The notes under the pieces were generated by a model that saw nothing but the letters and a program-made list of their open reading frames with translations, made no database searches and was not told the origin of the DNA. Below, piece after piece: positions 12,120 to 27,087 of a stretch of 64,000 nt of DNA (positions within the stretch are counted from its first letter, which is position 1; the number at the start of each line of letters is the position of its first letter). The translations under genes and the position numbers were made by a program. This stretch comes from Nageia nagi. Lineage: Eukaryota; Plantae; Pinophyta. The stretch spans positions 56,792,001-56,856,000 of the forward strand of contig JBITNC010000001.1 of NCBI GenBank assembly GCA_050084985.1. The letters run 5' to 3'.

Positions 12120-15100
12120 ATCCACCTAGGGGTGTAGGTGACTTGTTAGGAGAGAAGTAAAATATTTAAATTATCTTGATAACCTCAACAAATCAACATT
12201 AATAATAATCCTAGGCAATTAATATGTTAATCAAGAAAGATAAGATCCTAAAAGGTAGTCTAGTTGTATCACCTCCAGAGTAGATATGCTATGTATACGA
12301 TAGAGTAAAAGGATTATGGAAGTGATGACCCACACTTGAAGAGGTTGGTAATCAAAATCTATAAACATGATAAGGTGAGGGATCACCCTCTCACTCCAAA
12401 TGGAGATAGGTAATCTACTAACCAAAATCATATCTTTTATGGCTCAATATGTTACTCTCATGCATGATATCCAAATTAACCTCAACTCCATACAGTACCA
12501 TAAAGATAACTAGGATTTGGAAGAGATGTAACTTGGATGATATGTCTTGGAAGTGAAGTTCAATGAATTGTCTCTCTAATGTAGAGATCATTGTATAACC
12601 TTGATGAAATTTAGGTGGGTATATTGTTATCATAGAAAACCTAGGGCCAAAGAATAACATGCCCATGTAGGTCTAGGAGGTGATGCTCTCAAATATATTA
12701 TCATATAAGGTGATTTAGGTATATTCCAATGTAGCTAACATTTAAGGATGCAATATTAATCTTACTAAGATTCACCACAAGATCTTGTATAGCATTAAAA
12801 GAGTATAATGTATGTACCACACCCTATAGGACTTAAACTAAGTGGGAAAGTAGAATAATATCATAAGAAAACATGAGGATGAGAACCTAATTGCAATGAG
12901 GATGACCATCCAAGAACATTGGTCTCTAAGATAAATGACTTTAAATTATCTATGTAAAGTACAAAGTGAGTTAGAGAGGGAGAAACCATGTTTCATCCCA
13001 ATTTTATTAAGAATATTGTCTAAAATTCCCTTTATAGTATGGATGCAACTTGAAAGAATATCATATAAATTATTATGGTTGTTAGCCCAATTTATAGTAT
13101 TAATAATCATTAAAGCTGATACATAATCTTGTGATAAGGAATAAATTCAAAGGCCTTCCTAAGGGGAATTTCAGAATCTAGCCTCCTAGATGATCACCTC
13201 AGAGTACAAATATTATATGTGGTGTAGTGATCCATATGGAAACTCACTTATCCTCCTACTCTAAATCCTTTGATGTTGATGATCTCAAAAATGTAGTACT
13301 TAATGATATGGCATATAACTTGGTCATGGTGTGTCCATTCATGGTGATACAATAGTTTCTCAATTCATTGGGATCACCATATTTGAAGATGGGGTGGATG
13401 ATGTTTGAGATTCAAGAGGAGGGAAAACTTGAGAAAATGAAATTGTTGAAGATCCAAAAGAGTAAAAGGGGAAGGATTAATTTGGTGTGCTTGATAAATT
13501 AATCTTGTAGGTTCTTGATGTCTAGGGATTTTCAAAATTAAGGTTTTGGAAGGATTTCTATATGAAGAGGGCGCAGAATAAGTTTGAGGTGAGATGGAGG
13601 GAGAATTCTAAGGATGGGTTTTTGTTGGGGATATTAAACAAGTGAGAGGCATACTTATTTTAAGCATTAAGGGTAATGGAGTTTAAGGTTTATTTTCTAA
13701 TTAAAGAGCTCCATAAGGACATAGGATTGGAGTGGAGTAAAGAAAATAGATCTAATATCCTTTTGTCTAAGAAGTGATACTTTTAATTCCAAAGGATACA
13801 TTAGTAGGAGTGGTGGTGGAAGAGGAAAAATGATCAATCACAATGGATCATCAAAGGTGATGGAAAGTGTGCTTATATTCAATATCATACCAATGCTTTA
13901 GCAAAAAATGGATTGAAGGGAGAAAGTAGAGAGGGGCTAAATTTATGGGGGAAGGACTAGAGGGATCTAGAATGGAGAGAGCCTTCTAATAAGAGTGTCT
14001 ATTCATCAATAGAGGGAAGGAAATGCAATCCAAGGAGTTTATACTTTAGGATACTATTATAGAGGGGGGAATGGGTTGAGTTAAAGATAATGGTCATGCA
14101 AAGAGAGTTGGGGGTGGGAGGGAATGGAAAGGATATAATATCTGATATTAGAATCCTCATGCATTGGGGAAGTAAGTATGGTATTAGGATTGGAGGAATT
14201 GAGTATTACCATTGAGAATAAAAAAAATTATGGATCTCACTAAGATCATGAAGAAATATGCCAAAACTTGAGGAGGTGTGGAGTTTAATGAATATTTATA
14301 GAAAATTAAAGTATGATTTAGATATTAGATATTGAGTAAATCCAAACTACTATCAAATTAATTCTATGTATTTCTTTTCCTACCATTGGATTCACCCATA
14401 AGCATTACCTCATCTTGAATGAAATATATTGTAATCTCTAAGAAGAGGTTGAGATAAGGGGATTCTTTTGCATACTAAATCACATAGAATGAATATGTTG
14501 TAGTAAATAACATCCAACAATATAAATTCTCCTATGAGGTGGGGCCCTTGCAAGTGTAATCTAGATGTAGCATGTATGGGTGTCAATACCCTATATATGG
14601 ATCCTAGAGAATAAACGATTTTGGACTAAAAGGGAAATACCTCCTGAAATAAAAATATTGAACCTTATATAACCTATGGTCATATATGTAGAAATTCAAG
14701 TATACCTTAAGAAGGAAGGGATCCCCTTAACAGATCTCTCATTCATCTAAAAGAAAAATATCAAATTTTGACTAGTGTAAAATATTACGAACTAATCCTA
14801 AAAAATATCAAAGCATCATGTTATAGCTCCATACTAAAACTAAGAAACTTGAGAGTTTTGAAGGGATCCTATCTAGCATCATTTGGTATATAAAGAGGAT
14901 GAAGTGTGCCAAGGTATAGACCAACCTTTTGGGGGAGTGTATATGATCCAATCTTAACAATTTGAGATAATAACCCATTTACCTATTCTCATCACCTCAG
15001 TAACTTCCTTATTAACAACAACTAACTCTTGGGATTGTATGTGTAATATTTTCATCAATAATGATGAGATTTGGGAGGGATGGTAGGATCCTTTTATCCC

Positions 15101-16400
15101 TAAGAATAGATATCCTATGCTCAATTCTACAAAAATTAATAAACAAGGATGAATCCCTAATAGTCCAAAATCTATAATAGGTATTTACAGTATATTCAAT
15201 ATATCATGGATGAAGATTAGAAATATTTTAGTGGATTTATATCATGTTGTCAAATTTTTGATATGAATATTTATAACCTTATGTTGTGGGAATCATTACT
15301 CCTCGAATTTCTCATTGACTACTATCACAATAATAGGGGTAGTTTTGTCTTTAGAGCTTTGAACTATGTTTGCCTAAGAAGATGTTTGTACTTGTAATTG
15401 GTTTTATAGAGTTACTTGGTTATATTTGTGATTAAGTATTTCATTTCTTAAGGTAGTAATTTCCTCTTATAATAAATCAATTATTTTGGAGGGGAGTTTA
15501 GATTGTATTGGTGCTACATCAGCATATAATGGTGAATCTCTTGATCCAATTTTCATGGTCATTAAATTGGTTCCATAGTGCAAGGATAAGAGTATGTTGC
15601 ACTTAGTTGGCTGATAAAAGGGAGGCTACTTGTTTTGTTAGAAATTGGTTCAAGTTTTCTAGCTTAATCAAACACCTAATATATGTGAGATAAGGGATCT
15701 TCAATTTAAAGGAGCAAACTACACTAGCACACTAGAGTAACGATAGGAAGAGTGATCTACTATAAAAGGGGCTCAAAGAATTCCACATGTCCTTCAGGAT
15801 TAGACTTATGAGAAATGAGACATTCATAAGTAACATTATGTATAACAAATAGGTGTAACTTGAAAAGATATGGTTTGGCTTGGGATGGAACAAAATTATA
15901 TTCATGATAAACATGCTCTTTTATATTTAAGATATGGATTGTGTCTACCTACATACCCCTACAAGTAGATGCACAAAGAAAATAAGGGAATAAAAAAAGT
16001 ACTTGGACTCTAAAAAAAATAAAAATGTTTTGATGGTAAATCCACCCCCTTTGCAAGAAGTAATGATGGAATTATATTCCATAATCAAGGGGCATCCATG
16101 TCATCAAAATCCACTTGGAGTACAATTCCAACCCTGTATGTACCTACCATCAACTCAATAGGATTTTTGGAATGTTTCAATAGGCAATAGGGAGACTTGA
16201 ACCTTAGTTTCCTATATATGAAGAGTTTCAATTACCCATATTCAACTCACCTATCTATCAATTCATGAATATTTTGAAAATAACCCATAATAAGTTGGAT
16301 ATTGAAAGGGGGAACTTCATAATTAACTAAAACAAAGCTTAGGCTAAAAAGTAAAAATTGATTAACAGATCATGCAACCATTATATGCAGGTCCAAAGCA
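12120..16400 (-). mobile_element. Degenerate LTR-retrotransposon (probably gypsy-type) sequence, boundaries uncertain
   Basis: Composition and eroded minus-strand coding-like tracts resemble 1-3800. No intact domain could be read with confidence. Confidence 0.3.
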
Positions 16401-17359
16401 ACTAAATAAAAAAAATACCACTACCTGAAAATTGAGATAGATCTATTGATCTTATGAACTATTCTACTTGCATAATCAAAGAATAAAATAATAACTATTT
16501 TATCCAAGAGAAAGGTGAGCACCATCCAGTTGCTCCTTAAACTAGTTTCATTCTAAATAGAACTGTATTGATTTCTCCTCCTTGATTTTTCCTATCTCCA
16601 CTTTTCTTCCTTCCTTCCATGTTACTTCTTTTAGATCCTTTAAAATTCTTTGTAGATGGTCAAAAGTTGGTAATATGAAAAAAATAATTCCTCTTTGCAT
16701 GTTGAGAAATGGTGCTATGGTCTCCAAGTGATACATGCAATTCCATGGCAAAGTTGAGGCCGCATTGACCCTAGCAAACACACTATCCAAAATTCATCCT
16801 TCATTAGTTTTGTGTATCCAACATTCCTTCCCTTAGTGTTGGGAGGAAACTATTTTTTTAATCAAAATTGAGTAAATATATTAGTAAAAAAAATAACAAT
16901 TTTGAAAGGATCTTCAAACCTTTTACAACTAAAATATGCATTGGTATAAATTACTCTCATAATAAAATATATTTTTCCCATTTTTTTGGGAAACCACCTC
17001 TTGCAAAGAATTAACCCATAGAATTAGATTTTGTATCTTAGAGGTTATTTTTCATCAAAGTCACCTAGGATTCGTAGACCTAACTACCATCGATTAGACT
17101 TAGCATTTGTTGCATATCCACATGAATGTGAAGGGGTAGACTTTTGAACCTGGGGTCTCTCTTTTTCCAATTGAGAGTTTTCAAGTTCCCATTCTCACCA
17201 ACTCCTCTAACATGATTGAATTCTAATTAATTTATTTTTTATTCATATTTTATTTAAAATAATTAAATATAGCATTCTCTTATCCTATCTTGAAGATCCA
17301 TTAGGTTAGCATTTTTTTTTTCAAAAATAATATATCAGCTATGCATTTTAAAATTTAAT

Positions 17360-17382
17360 TATATATATATATATATATATAT
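17360..17382. repeat. (AT)n microsatellite, ~11 units
   Basis: Perfect at repeats. Confidence 0.9.
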
Positions 17383-17850
17383 AATAAAATATTTAAAAAA
17401 ATATTTTATTAATTATTATATTAAAAGATATTTCATTAAAAGATATTTAATTTCCAGTATTAATTAGTAATTTTATTGCTTAAATTGAGGTATTATGACT
17501 TTAAGTCAAAATCTTCTTTGCCTTACTCAAGATCCTCTCAATTTCTCAAAACCTATAACACATCAAGGAAACTAATGAAATCCAATACCAAACATGATAG
17601 TGACACATATGCATATAAAAATCAAGTTCTACACCTACTTTCAAAGTAATAATTTGTAGTTATGACTATCCATAGTATCACGAAATAACATCAAACAACA
17701 TATTACACATGGTTCAATGTATACAATTCAATATATCCAAATACATTGAAATGTTATGATGATAAAGTTTTCATGTATTATATGATGTTTCCTATTAACA
17801 AATGTTAATTTTATTCTTAATAAATATATTGAAGATATGGGGCCATTACA

Positions 17851-20800
17851 ACCCTCCCTTATAGAACAAAACATCATCCATGATGTTATTTGGTTCTTAC
17901 TAAAAAATATAAGGAAATTACTTTTTCATTTGGGATTAATCTTTTTATATAGCATAATCCTCATAATAGTGATCTCATTGAACCCTACATTGGTCCACCA
18001 TATGATTTCACAAAATTTTAATATAAAAACCTAGGATTTGCATTGGCCAAACTTCCACCATCATATGATACTCCATTTGTAATTTATAGAAATTATATAC
18101 ATGATAAGGGTTAGGTACATACTTTTTCAACAAAGAGAATTGGCATGTGTTGTGCATTTTGGAAAAATTGGGTGGTAGTACAAGATAGTATGCTTTTGGG
18201 ATTATTTTGTTAATGATTTCAAAGGGTCCCACATACCAAGGGTTAAGTTTTATCAACTTGATAACACATTTCTTAGGTTTTATATTTAAAAATATCATAT
18301 CATCTTTGAAAAATTCTTTAGGGGCTCTTTTCATATCAATATAACTCTTTTTTTAGATGATCACCTCCTTTTATCTTTTTGTAATTGATCCTAGTTTCTC
18401 TTCCATTTCTTCAATCATTCTAGGGTCAATTACCAAACTACATCATCTCCCATAAATTTACTCAAACAAGATCATCTGCAAGGATGCTTGATAACCATTC
18501 TTATATGTAAATCCTAGTAGATGCAAGTAATATTCCTATTTTGTTTGATGTTCCATGCAATAAATGCATAGCATATCCTCTAAAACTTGTTTGAGCCATT
18601 AAGTTTGACCATCAGTATCAAAATGGTAATTTGAACTTGTATTCAATTTAATGTCCAAAACATGATAAAAAGCTTGTGAAAATTTAGACATAAAATGTGA
18701 ATCCATATTAGAGATATTCACTTCAATAAATCCATGTAAGTGAACTTATTGAAGTGAATATCTCTAATGATATTTTACATATGAATGATGCTTCAAGTAT
18801 CTAATATATTCACATCAATAAATCCATGTAAGGTAGCAAATTTATATATTTAGGATAATTGAAGCATCATTAATGATATTTCCTAGTGTAAAGTATGCTA
18901 CCTTTGTCAATTTATCTATAACCATTAGAATGGCATAAAAATTTTGAAACCTAATTTTAAACAAACCCATGATAAAATCAATGGAAATTACTTGGCATTT
19001 GTGAATAGCAATATCATGAGGATAAATTTTCCCTATTAGATGCTAATTCTTATGCTTCACTCTCTTATATTTAAATCACTTGGCTACAAAATTGGAAACA
19101 TCTCTCCTGATTTAAAGCTAGCAAAATGACTTCCTTAGATTTTCTAGCATCTTGGTTCTCTCATGGTGCATAGAATAAAAGGTACAATGGGTTTCTTGTT
19201 GGATTATTTATCTTTGATTTATTATCCTTATAATTACAACCTTATCTATCAAATATAATAGTTCATCATCCTTAATACTAAATTCCCTTTTGTTCTCAAC
19301 ATTGTGCAAATCATTTTGCAGTAAGTTGGATCCTACTTTTGAAACTTTTAGACCTTGTCTATCAATTTTACATGTTCTTAGGATAGAGAACATATATTCC
19401 TTCTTCATGTATGGGCATCAGCCATCGTATTTTCCTTTCCCTTGATGTATTTTATCCCAAAATCATACTTGGTGAGGAATTATATCTATTATCATTATTT
19501 GGCATTCAAGATAGACTTAGTAAAAATATTCCTCAAACTTTGGTGATATGATTGTAGCTCAAAATTTTTTCTAGGTAATATGTCCATATTTTAAGGGCAT
19601 GAACTACAACTACCAAGTCAAGGTCATGAGTGGCATAACTATTTCCATGGTCCTTTAACTTTGATGATTCATAAGCAACCATTGCATTATCTTTCATTGA
19701 GAATCCCCCCTAATTATTCTAATGATGCATCAATACAGAGAAAAAATTCTCCATTAGGATTAAAAATTTCTAAAATTAGGGGTTTATTAAGATTTTTCTT
19801 CTTGAATTTAAAACCTTCATATTTCTTTTACCAATTAAAGATCTTACCCTTTTTTTGAAGGTAGGTAATGGAGTATGCTATTTGGTATAAATTTTCTACA
19901 AATCTTCGATAGTGCCAACCTAATCCCATAAAATTGTAAATATATTCTATATATATGGGAACAAAGCCTATGAGAATTACTTCAATTTTCTTAGGTTCTA
20001 TCATAATTCTATGTGAAAAATTGTGTGCCCTAGATATTGGATCCTTTTCATGAAATAATCACATTTTGATAGTTTACAAAAGAGTTGATTTTCTCGTAAT
20101 ACTTGCATTACTATCCTAAGATGCTCATTATATTCTTCCTCACTTTAGGAATATACAAAAACATTTTCCAAAAAAACTAAAATAAATTATCTAGGTACTT
20201 TATGAAAATACTATTCATTATATTCATAAATGCAACTGGAACATTATTTAAACCAAAGGGTGAGATAACAAACTCATAATGGTCATATATATTGTGTTTT
20301 AAATACCATTTATGAGTATTACTCTTCTTATCTCAATTGATGATATTATAACCTTTTATTTATCTTTGAAAATATTATTGCTTATCTCAATTGATAAAAT
20401 AGGTCATCAAACTCTAGTTATTGGATACCAATTCGTAATCATAAGCTTGTTTAGCATACAATAGTCTATGTAGAGCAACAACATTCCATCTATTTTCTTT
20501 ACAAATAGGAATAGTACTCCTAAAGGGGATATGTTAGGTTTAATAAGGCCTTTATATAATAATTTTTAATGTTGCACCTTTAATTCATGCATTTTGATTA
20601 TTGATATTTGATATGGGGTATGAGCAAATAGCTTTTTCCCTAAAATTAGATCAATACTAAAATCAAATTCTCTCACAAGGGCCATCTTAGGTAAGTCCCT
20701 TGAGAAAACATTTGTATACTTTTCAAGAATGGGGTATTATCTAAACACTTCCCCTTCCTTACTTACTTTATCAATCCTATTAAACTTTTCCACAAAAATA

Positions 20801-22260
20801 ATCTTCCCTTAATTGATAATTCTTACTCATTGCATGATAGATGTTATCTAGGTTTGAAAGGTTCCTTGCTTACTTTGGTATTTTCATTTGGTTAAGAATT
20901 CATTAGTATAATTGAACCATAATTATTGGACAGGATTACATAAAAATACTACAAAGGGGCTACTTAAAGGTGTAGGCAAGTAAAATATTTGGTAAGGTGA
21001 GTTTGACATTTACTAAACATTTCCTTACCTCATGAGTTTTCCTGGAACCATACTCCACTTCCTACTTATCAACCAAATAATTAGGTTTTTATAGTTATTG
21101 TTTTAAAACATGAGTGGAAACAAAACTTTGATAGCTCCACTATCTACCAAAATGGTGATGGGCTTAGTAAAAAGCTTACTTTTTAATAGAATTGGGGTTG
21201 CTTGCCTCTCAGAGTTTGCTTTCTTTTTTATCATGTAAATATGAGGGGTGGACTTGATTTTCCTCTCCCCTTGCTTAACTTGATTTCTAAATATTCCTTA
21301 ACTCACCTTTTGAAGTCATTAATTAGAATAATGAGGTATTTTAAAATTTAAGTACCTTGATTGAGGTCCATAAAATTTATTGTCACCATTCCTTAGTGAG
21401 TATCGAATTTCTTGATCATAATCTTAATCTTAATTCTTGGGATTCAAGTTATCCTTGAGAAATGGATGTTTATTCTTCTTTTCCTTCTAATCCTCCTAAT
21501 GACAACTTTTAGATTTAAAATTTTCCTTGAATTACTCTTAATCTCTTTTATTACCTCTATATTTGACCACCTTATGTTAAAGAAGGATCTCTATTTCCCT
21601 TGACCTCCTTATCCTTGAGATTTTTTTTTTTTGTATTTTGGTTTATCTCTTCTTGACAAGTAATATCAAAATATTTTTCTAGGATCTCTAATATGTGTAA
21701 ATTAATTTGCTTTCAAACTTTAACATTTAGACCCACCATAAACTTTTGTACCTTAAGGGGTTCATAATTTTCATAAGTCGATACATACCTTAATAGGTAT
21801 ACATACTACATGTGATATTCTTTTATAGTGGTTTCTTTTTGGTGAAGCTAGAAAAACTCTTCAAACTTCTCAATATAATATTGATATATTAAAAATATTT
21901 CATTGAAATCTTTTGTAAAATCTTCCTAAGGAAGTTATTGATCATGAATGTTTCTTGCTTCTTAACAATTTTTCCACCATTTTAGGGTTACTTCCTAGAT
22001 AAGAGGGTGATCCAAAACATCTTAGTTATTGGAGAGAGGTTATTTACAAAGAAATATGTTGCAATCTCATTCAGCCATACTTCAACTGAATCTCCTCCAT
22101 CCCTACCATTATATTTAGATGTCATTATATTTTTTAGATCCTTCACCAGTTTGGCCTCAACTCTAGTCTCATCTACTTGCTCAGTTGGGTTTCCTTATTT
22201 TCTCCTTCTCTATGAAGGATCCTGTATTTCTTCCAAAATTTTATCTTATCTTGGTATTGC
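17851..22260 (-). mobile_element. Degenerate Ty3/gypsy chromovirus (Tekay/Del-like) gag-pol
   Basis: Minus-strand motifs in gypsy order: gag WLNEIATYF (~22070), protease LVDSGA (~21140), [21 protein letters not shown] (~20250), RNase H YATHDLDL (~19630), integrase YHFDTDGQT (~18615), YVGPFEI (~18225). PPT aagggagggt abuts the LTR start tgtaatgg at 17850. Many stops and frameshifts. Confidence 0.9.
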
Positions 22261-23231
22261 ATTAGCTAGGCTATATAACTAAGGTATTGCAACACCAAGA
22301 AATAACTTGTATACCTATTCATGAAAGGAGTCAAAAAAGAACAATTTTTGAGATTAAAAAATAAGCTTCTTTCACTACTTAGTATCAAGGGGAGTATGTT
22401 GGAGATTGATGCTAACCAAAATAGAAAGATAAACATTTCTCTTATGGATTTGAAGAATATGAAGAATTTCCATAATTGCTAAAGAGCCACCATGATTGTT
22501 GGAATTCATAGAATGTGAAATAAAGGGTTGCAAGATCCATTTCTCTCTTATAAATGTAAAATCAATGTATCATAGCATTAGTATATTACTAAGAAACATT
22601 CATAACCCTTCTAAGATTGTTTGAAATAAAAGATAACATTTTGTGTCATCCAAATTTGTTCAAATTTGCTTATTGTCCTTGCATTTTTCTCAAAAATTGC
22701 TATCAACTTCTAAAAGCTACAACTTTTATTTTAATGCTTTATTTTTCATGCTTTATTCATTAGAAAGCTCTTTTTGACCGAAATCCAGCCATATAAATTT
22801 AATAAAATTTTGAATAGTTTAAATTCCCACCATTATTGTTACTACTATAAGTCTTTTACATTCTTTCATAATTATGGTTTATATTATCATAATTTTATAG
22901 AAACTCTATTTGAATCATTTGAGTTTTATTTTTTAAGTTATTCCCTTAAAGTACTTGAATACGGTGTATAAAAACATAAATGAATGCTATTGAAAAAATA
23001 GAGGTGACCATGCTCAACATATTATAAGATATAAAACTAGAATATAAAATCATCAATTCACATTATTAGATAAAATAAATAAATAGACAAATTGAATATG
23101 TTAATAAACATCAATGTGAAAAGTAAGGAATCTAAGCAACAAATGACAAAGTAATATTATATAAACATTTATTTATTTATTTATAAGATGAAAGAGTATA
23201 TGCTAGCGATTTATGTTAAGGAGATATGTGT

Positions 23232-25870
23232 TGTTAGAGTATATTTTAGCTTAATTATCTACTAGGATATTTTAATACTTTCTTTATTTTTAGGATAATT
23301 TTAGTTACTATGTTAGTTTACTATTAGTCAGTTCTAGTTTATTATTGTGTTCTCCAATGGTTTTCTAATACCATGGGTTGTGAAACCATGGTATCATTTA
23401 TTGTATTTTTCTATTTATAGCCAAACTTTTTCATTAATATTTATTTAGTTCTAGTACTTCTCTCCAATTTTCTTATGATATTTTGCATGTTTGTTTCTTG
23501 GGCTTGAATATTTATTTTTAGTATTCTCCTCATGGTACCAAATCTGATTAGATTCTTGCAAGCATTCGATAAATATTCAATAATTCATTTTTTTTATCTC
23601 ATTCATTTTCTTGTCTCCTCCATAAGGCTTGGAAAAGTGGTTTCATCTAGTTTTATCTAGTTAAATTTTGTGGGCATCCCTCCAATCTTCTTTCATGTGG
23701 AGAAGTCAAATGTTATGTTTTTTGGGAAGAATCTACACATTTGTATAGGTTGGGATGCATCACTTTATTTTGCCTAGATTTGTGTTAGTGGATTTGATCT
23801 TATCCTTTGAAAACTTAAAGTCTTTTTAAAATTGTTATGGTTTTCCAACATGTACTTTGTTGATTGGGCACCCATATTGGTCTGATTTATTAATCGGAGA
23901 TATTTTTTGGCTAATTGTGATTAATTTTTAGAAATTTTCCTAATTAATGATTTTTTGGTTATAATTGAATCTTGAGAGGCAAAACTCAAATTTGTCAACT
24001 TTAAAGGATTCTTTTCTTCAAACCTATAAAAGAGTGGTTACACAACCTACTTTGCCTTTATATTTAGCCAAAAATAGTATCTAAAGTTTTTGCTATATTT
24101 TTTTTATAGTTTGGAGGCCTAAATTTTTTTTTTTCCCATAATCAAATTAATTCCAAATCTTGAGCTTATAGACTCCATTTGGGGTGCCATTTTTTGGGGT
24201 TGTGGAGCAGGCTTGGAGTACTTTTTCATGGCATTAATTGTTGGGGAAAATATCAATGTAAGTTTACATTATAAAGATATTTTTTTAGGTGTTTCTTTGA
24301 TACATTATTGATCCTATGGATTGTGTTCTAAAATTTCATTTACCCTTGCTTGGCTATTTTTCCACATATTTTGAATCTTGTTATCAACCCATTGTGTTTG
24401 AATAGGTGGAAACCACATATTTGTACTTGTGAAGTTCCTTTGAGTTGGATTATCCTAGTAATTATGGTATTTTTTTCTCCATCATATATTATCAGTCTTA
24501 TGTTGTGAGATAATTTATTTTTTGAGGGAGTTTCCTTTGGTGTCTTTTTCATAGTTTGATGACTACATTGGTATCTTTACATGTCACTATGATGGATATT
24601 TCATTGGATTTTTTAGAACTTATCATCACTCCATGTACTAATTGAGATTCCAATTATGTTATACCCATTAACATTATTGACTGGTAATGATGATTTACAT
24701 TATTTTTATCATAATTATAGCACACTTTAACGATATATCACCTTATGATGAAGAATATTTGATGCTTGAGCTAGCATGGCCTGGATAAGAAAGTTTCCAC
24801 TTCAATTACTAATATTTTCTTGGAGTGCATTGATTTCATTTAAGTGATTTTGGTGACCACACTTGATGGGGATATTTTTGGTGGAGTTTCTACTCTCTTC
24901 ATTGAGTCATACATTTTGGATGTTGTTGACCTTCATGAGGAGATCACATCCTTATTTTATGTTCCTTCATAATTTTAGGACTTCATTATGGTGAACCTTG
25001 TTTGTTTTAATGATCCAATCCTTATCCTCCTACTTTTATTACCTTGGAGGTTTCTCTTGTTCTATTTATTTTACTTTAGGAATCTTTTGAGACTCTCTCA
25101 TAGGAATCTTCGGTAGGAATTTCTTTAGGAGATTTCAAAGACTATTTTGAGGTTTATTTGCCTCTTTATCTTGTTGTTTCCATTGCTATTTTCCTTGAGC
25201 AATAGAATATAAAGTCTATGGACCTTACACTTCTTGATTTATTGGAAACTTCTTCACATTGACATGGTTCATAGCTTTATTATTCATCACAAGTGTCAAA
25301 TTTCATATTGTTCAATTCTCATACTTTGTTGGAGTGAGAAGATTTTCCATAGACACCTCTTGGTATCTTTCTTCCTCAAGGGATACATTGAGTTCGACAA
25401 CAAGATATTTATTTGATTTCAAGATATCACATGGACCCTTTCTAGGGTCCTCTTGATAGAAGTTGTTCGTAGGGGATATTGATCCCCCTTATTTTATCTT
25501 ATTCTTCTTTTTCTATTGGAAAATGTTTTTTCCCATTTGATTTTTTAGTATTTCTCAAACAATGTTTTATGAATTTATTCTACATGAGTACCTTATTAGG
25601 CCTTATTATTGAGATTCATATTTATGGATATACCACTTGTTTGGTTTTATTTTTCCAATACCTCCTAGTACTGCTTAAGGGTGGGTGTTAGAATATATTT
25701 TAGTTTAAATATCTACTAGGTTATTTTAATACTTCTACTATTTTATCTTAGGATATGTTTAATTACTTCACTAGTTCACTACTCATCATTGCTAATTTAA
25801 TATCATGTTCTCCAACAGTTTTGTAAATATCATATCTTGTGAAATAATGGTATCATTTATTTTATTCTCT
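23232..25870 (+). mobile_element. Old non-coding LTR element (LARD/TRIM-like) with a truncated 3' LTR
   Basis: Direct repeat starting tgttagagtatattttag at 23232 and tgttagaatatattttag at 25686 (~180 bp alignable). Degenerate Met PBS tggtaccaaatc at ~23533. PPT ttaagggtggg before 25686. No recognisable coding domains. Confidence 0.6.
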
Positions 25871-27087
25871 TCATGTGTAGCTACGAATAATATCAATGCA
25901 GAGATGTGATGTTAAAGGGTATATTTGTAAGAAGAAATGTATTATTAGTATATCTCTACAAAGAGATGCCTTCAATAAGATATGTTTATTAATAAATATA
26001 TTCTACAAGTGACCTCTATGAAAATTTGAACTTGTGTTATTTGTGATGAGATGTAATTTCAAGCAAGATAGGCTTAAGAATGTTTTCTTCTTGGTTCTTC
26101 AAACTTGGGATAACCATACATAGAGAGATGTATGTATTATGTAGAAAGATGTGTTGAGATATAGTTGTCTTGGAAGGTTTTTTGGTGTGTTATAAAACTC
26201 CATTTTAGCTTGTATTATCTAAAACGTTGAATTGTAATCTTTTATTTCTGATTTTCTTTCTATACCTAATTTCTAGAGAGAATCAATGGTAAATATATGC
26301 ATCTATTGTTAAAAATTTGATTAATAAATTTAAATACAAAATAGAAGTGAATAATAAAATTAGAGTAACTAAAGAAATAATATTATGTGTTTGCATCAAC
26401 AATACCACAAGTTGAGGAATAATATCATGAATTGCACTAGATACACATTTTTATAAACCATTTGTATATTCTTTATAGGTAGATAAAAAATGATTTTGAA
26501 AAAGTGAATGTTATTTTTAATTAGGTATCAAATTTATAGTGTCACAATGATGTTATAATGTTTAGGAAAGATCTTATACATGTGGAGTTTATGTAAGTTA
26601 AAGAGCTATATTATTTCATGGTATGATTTGATATTCTTAAGGGGAATTCATATCTTCATATGGTTTGTGATTGTAACACATTGGTGATTAATAGGCTACA
26701 TTCATTGAGAGTCATATAAGATCTTGTACTTCTTGAATAATTTTTTTGTAATGATATTTGATATATTTTATCATCAAGGGCCATTGCATTTATCAATAAG
26801 ATACATTAGCATAAGATCCTTAAAGCGATGCTCCTCCACATATTTAATATGTTTTATTTGAAATCCAATTTTTTCAATTATGATAGTTTTTGAGTGGTGG
26901 ATCCCAAAACAAATGTATGGTGTTGTGTTTGTGCTTGCCACAAGTCTTCCATGGGTGAGCAACCTAATATCTAATTGATTCGTGGTTATTTATTCCATAA
27001 TAACTGCATATAAGAATAACATACACATGTTATGTTTAACCTCGATGATATTTTTGATGTTACTCTCTCACATTGAAATATGCAACT

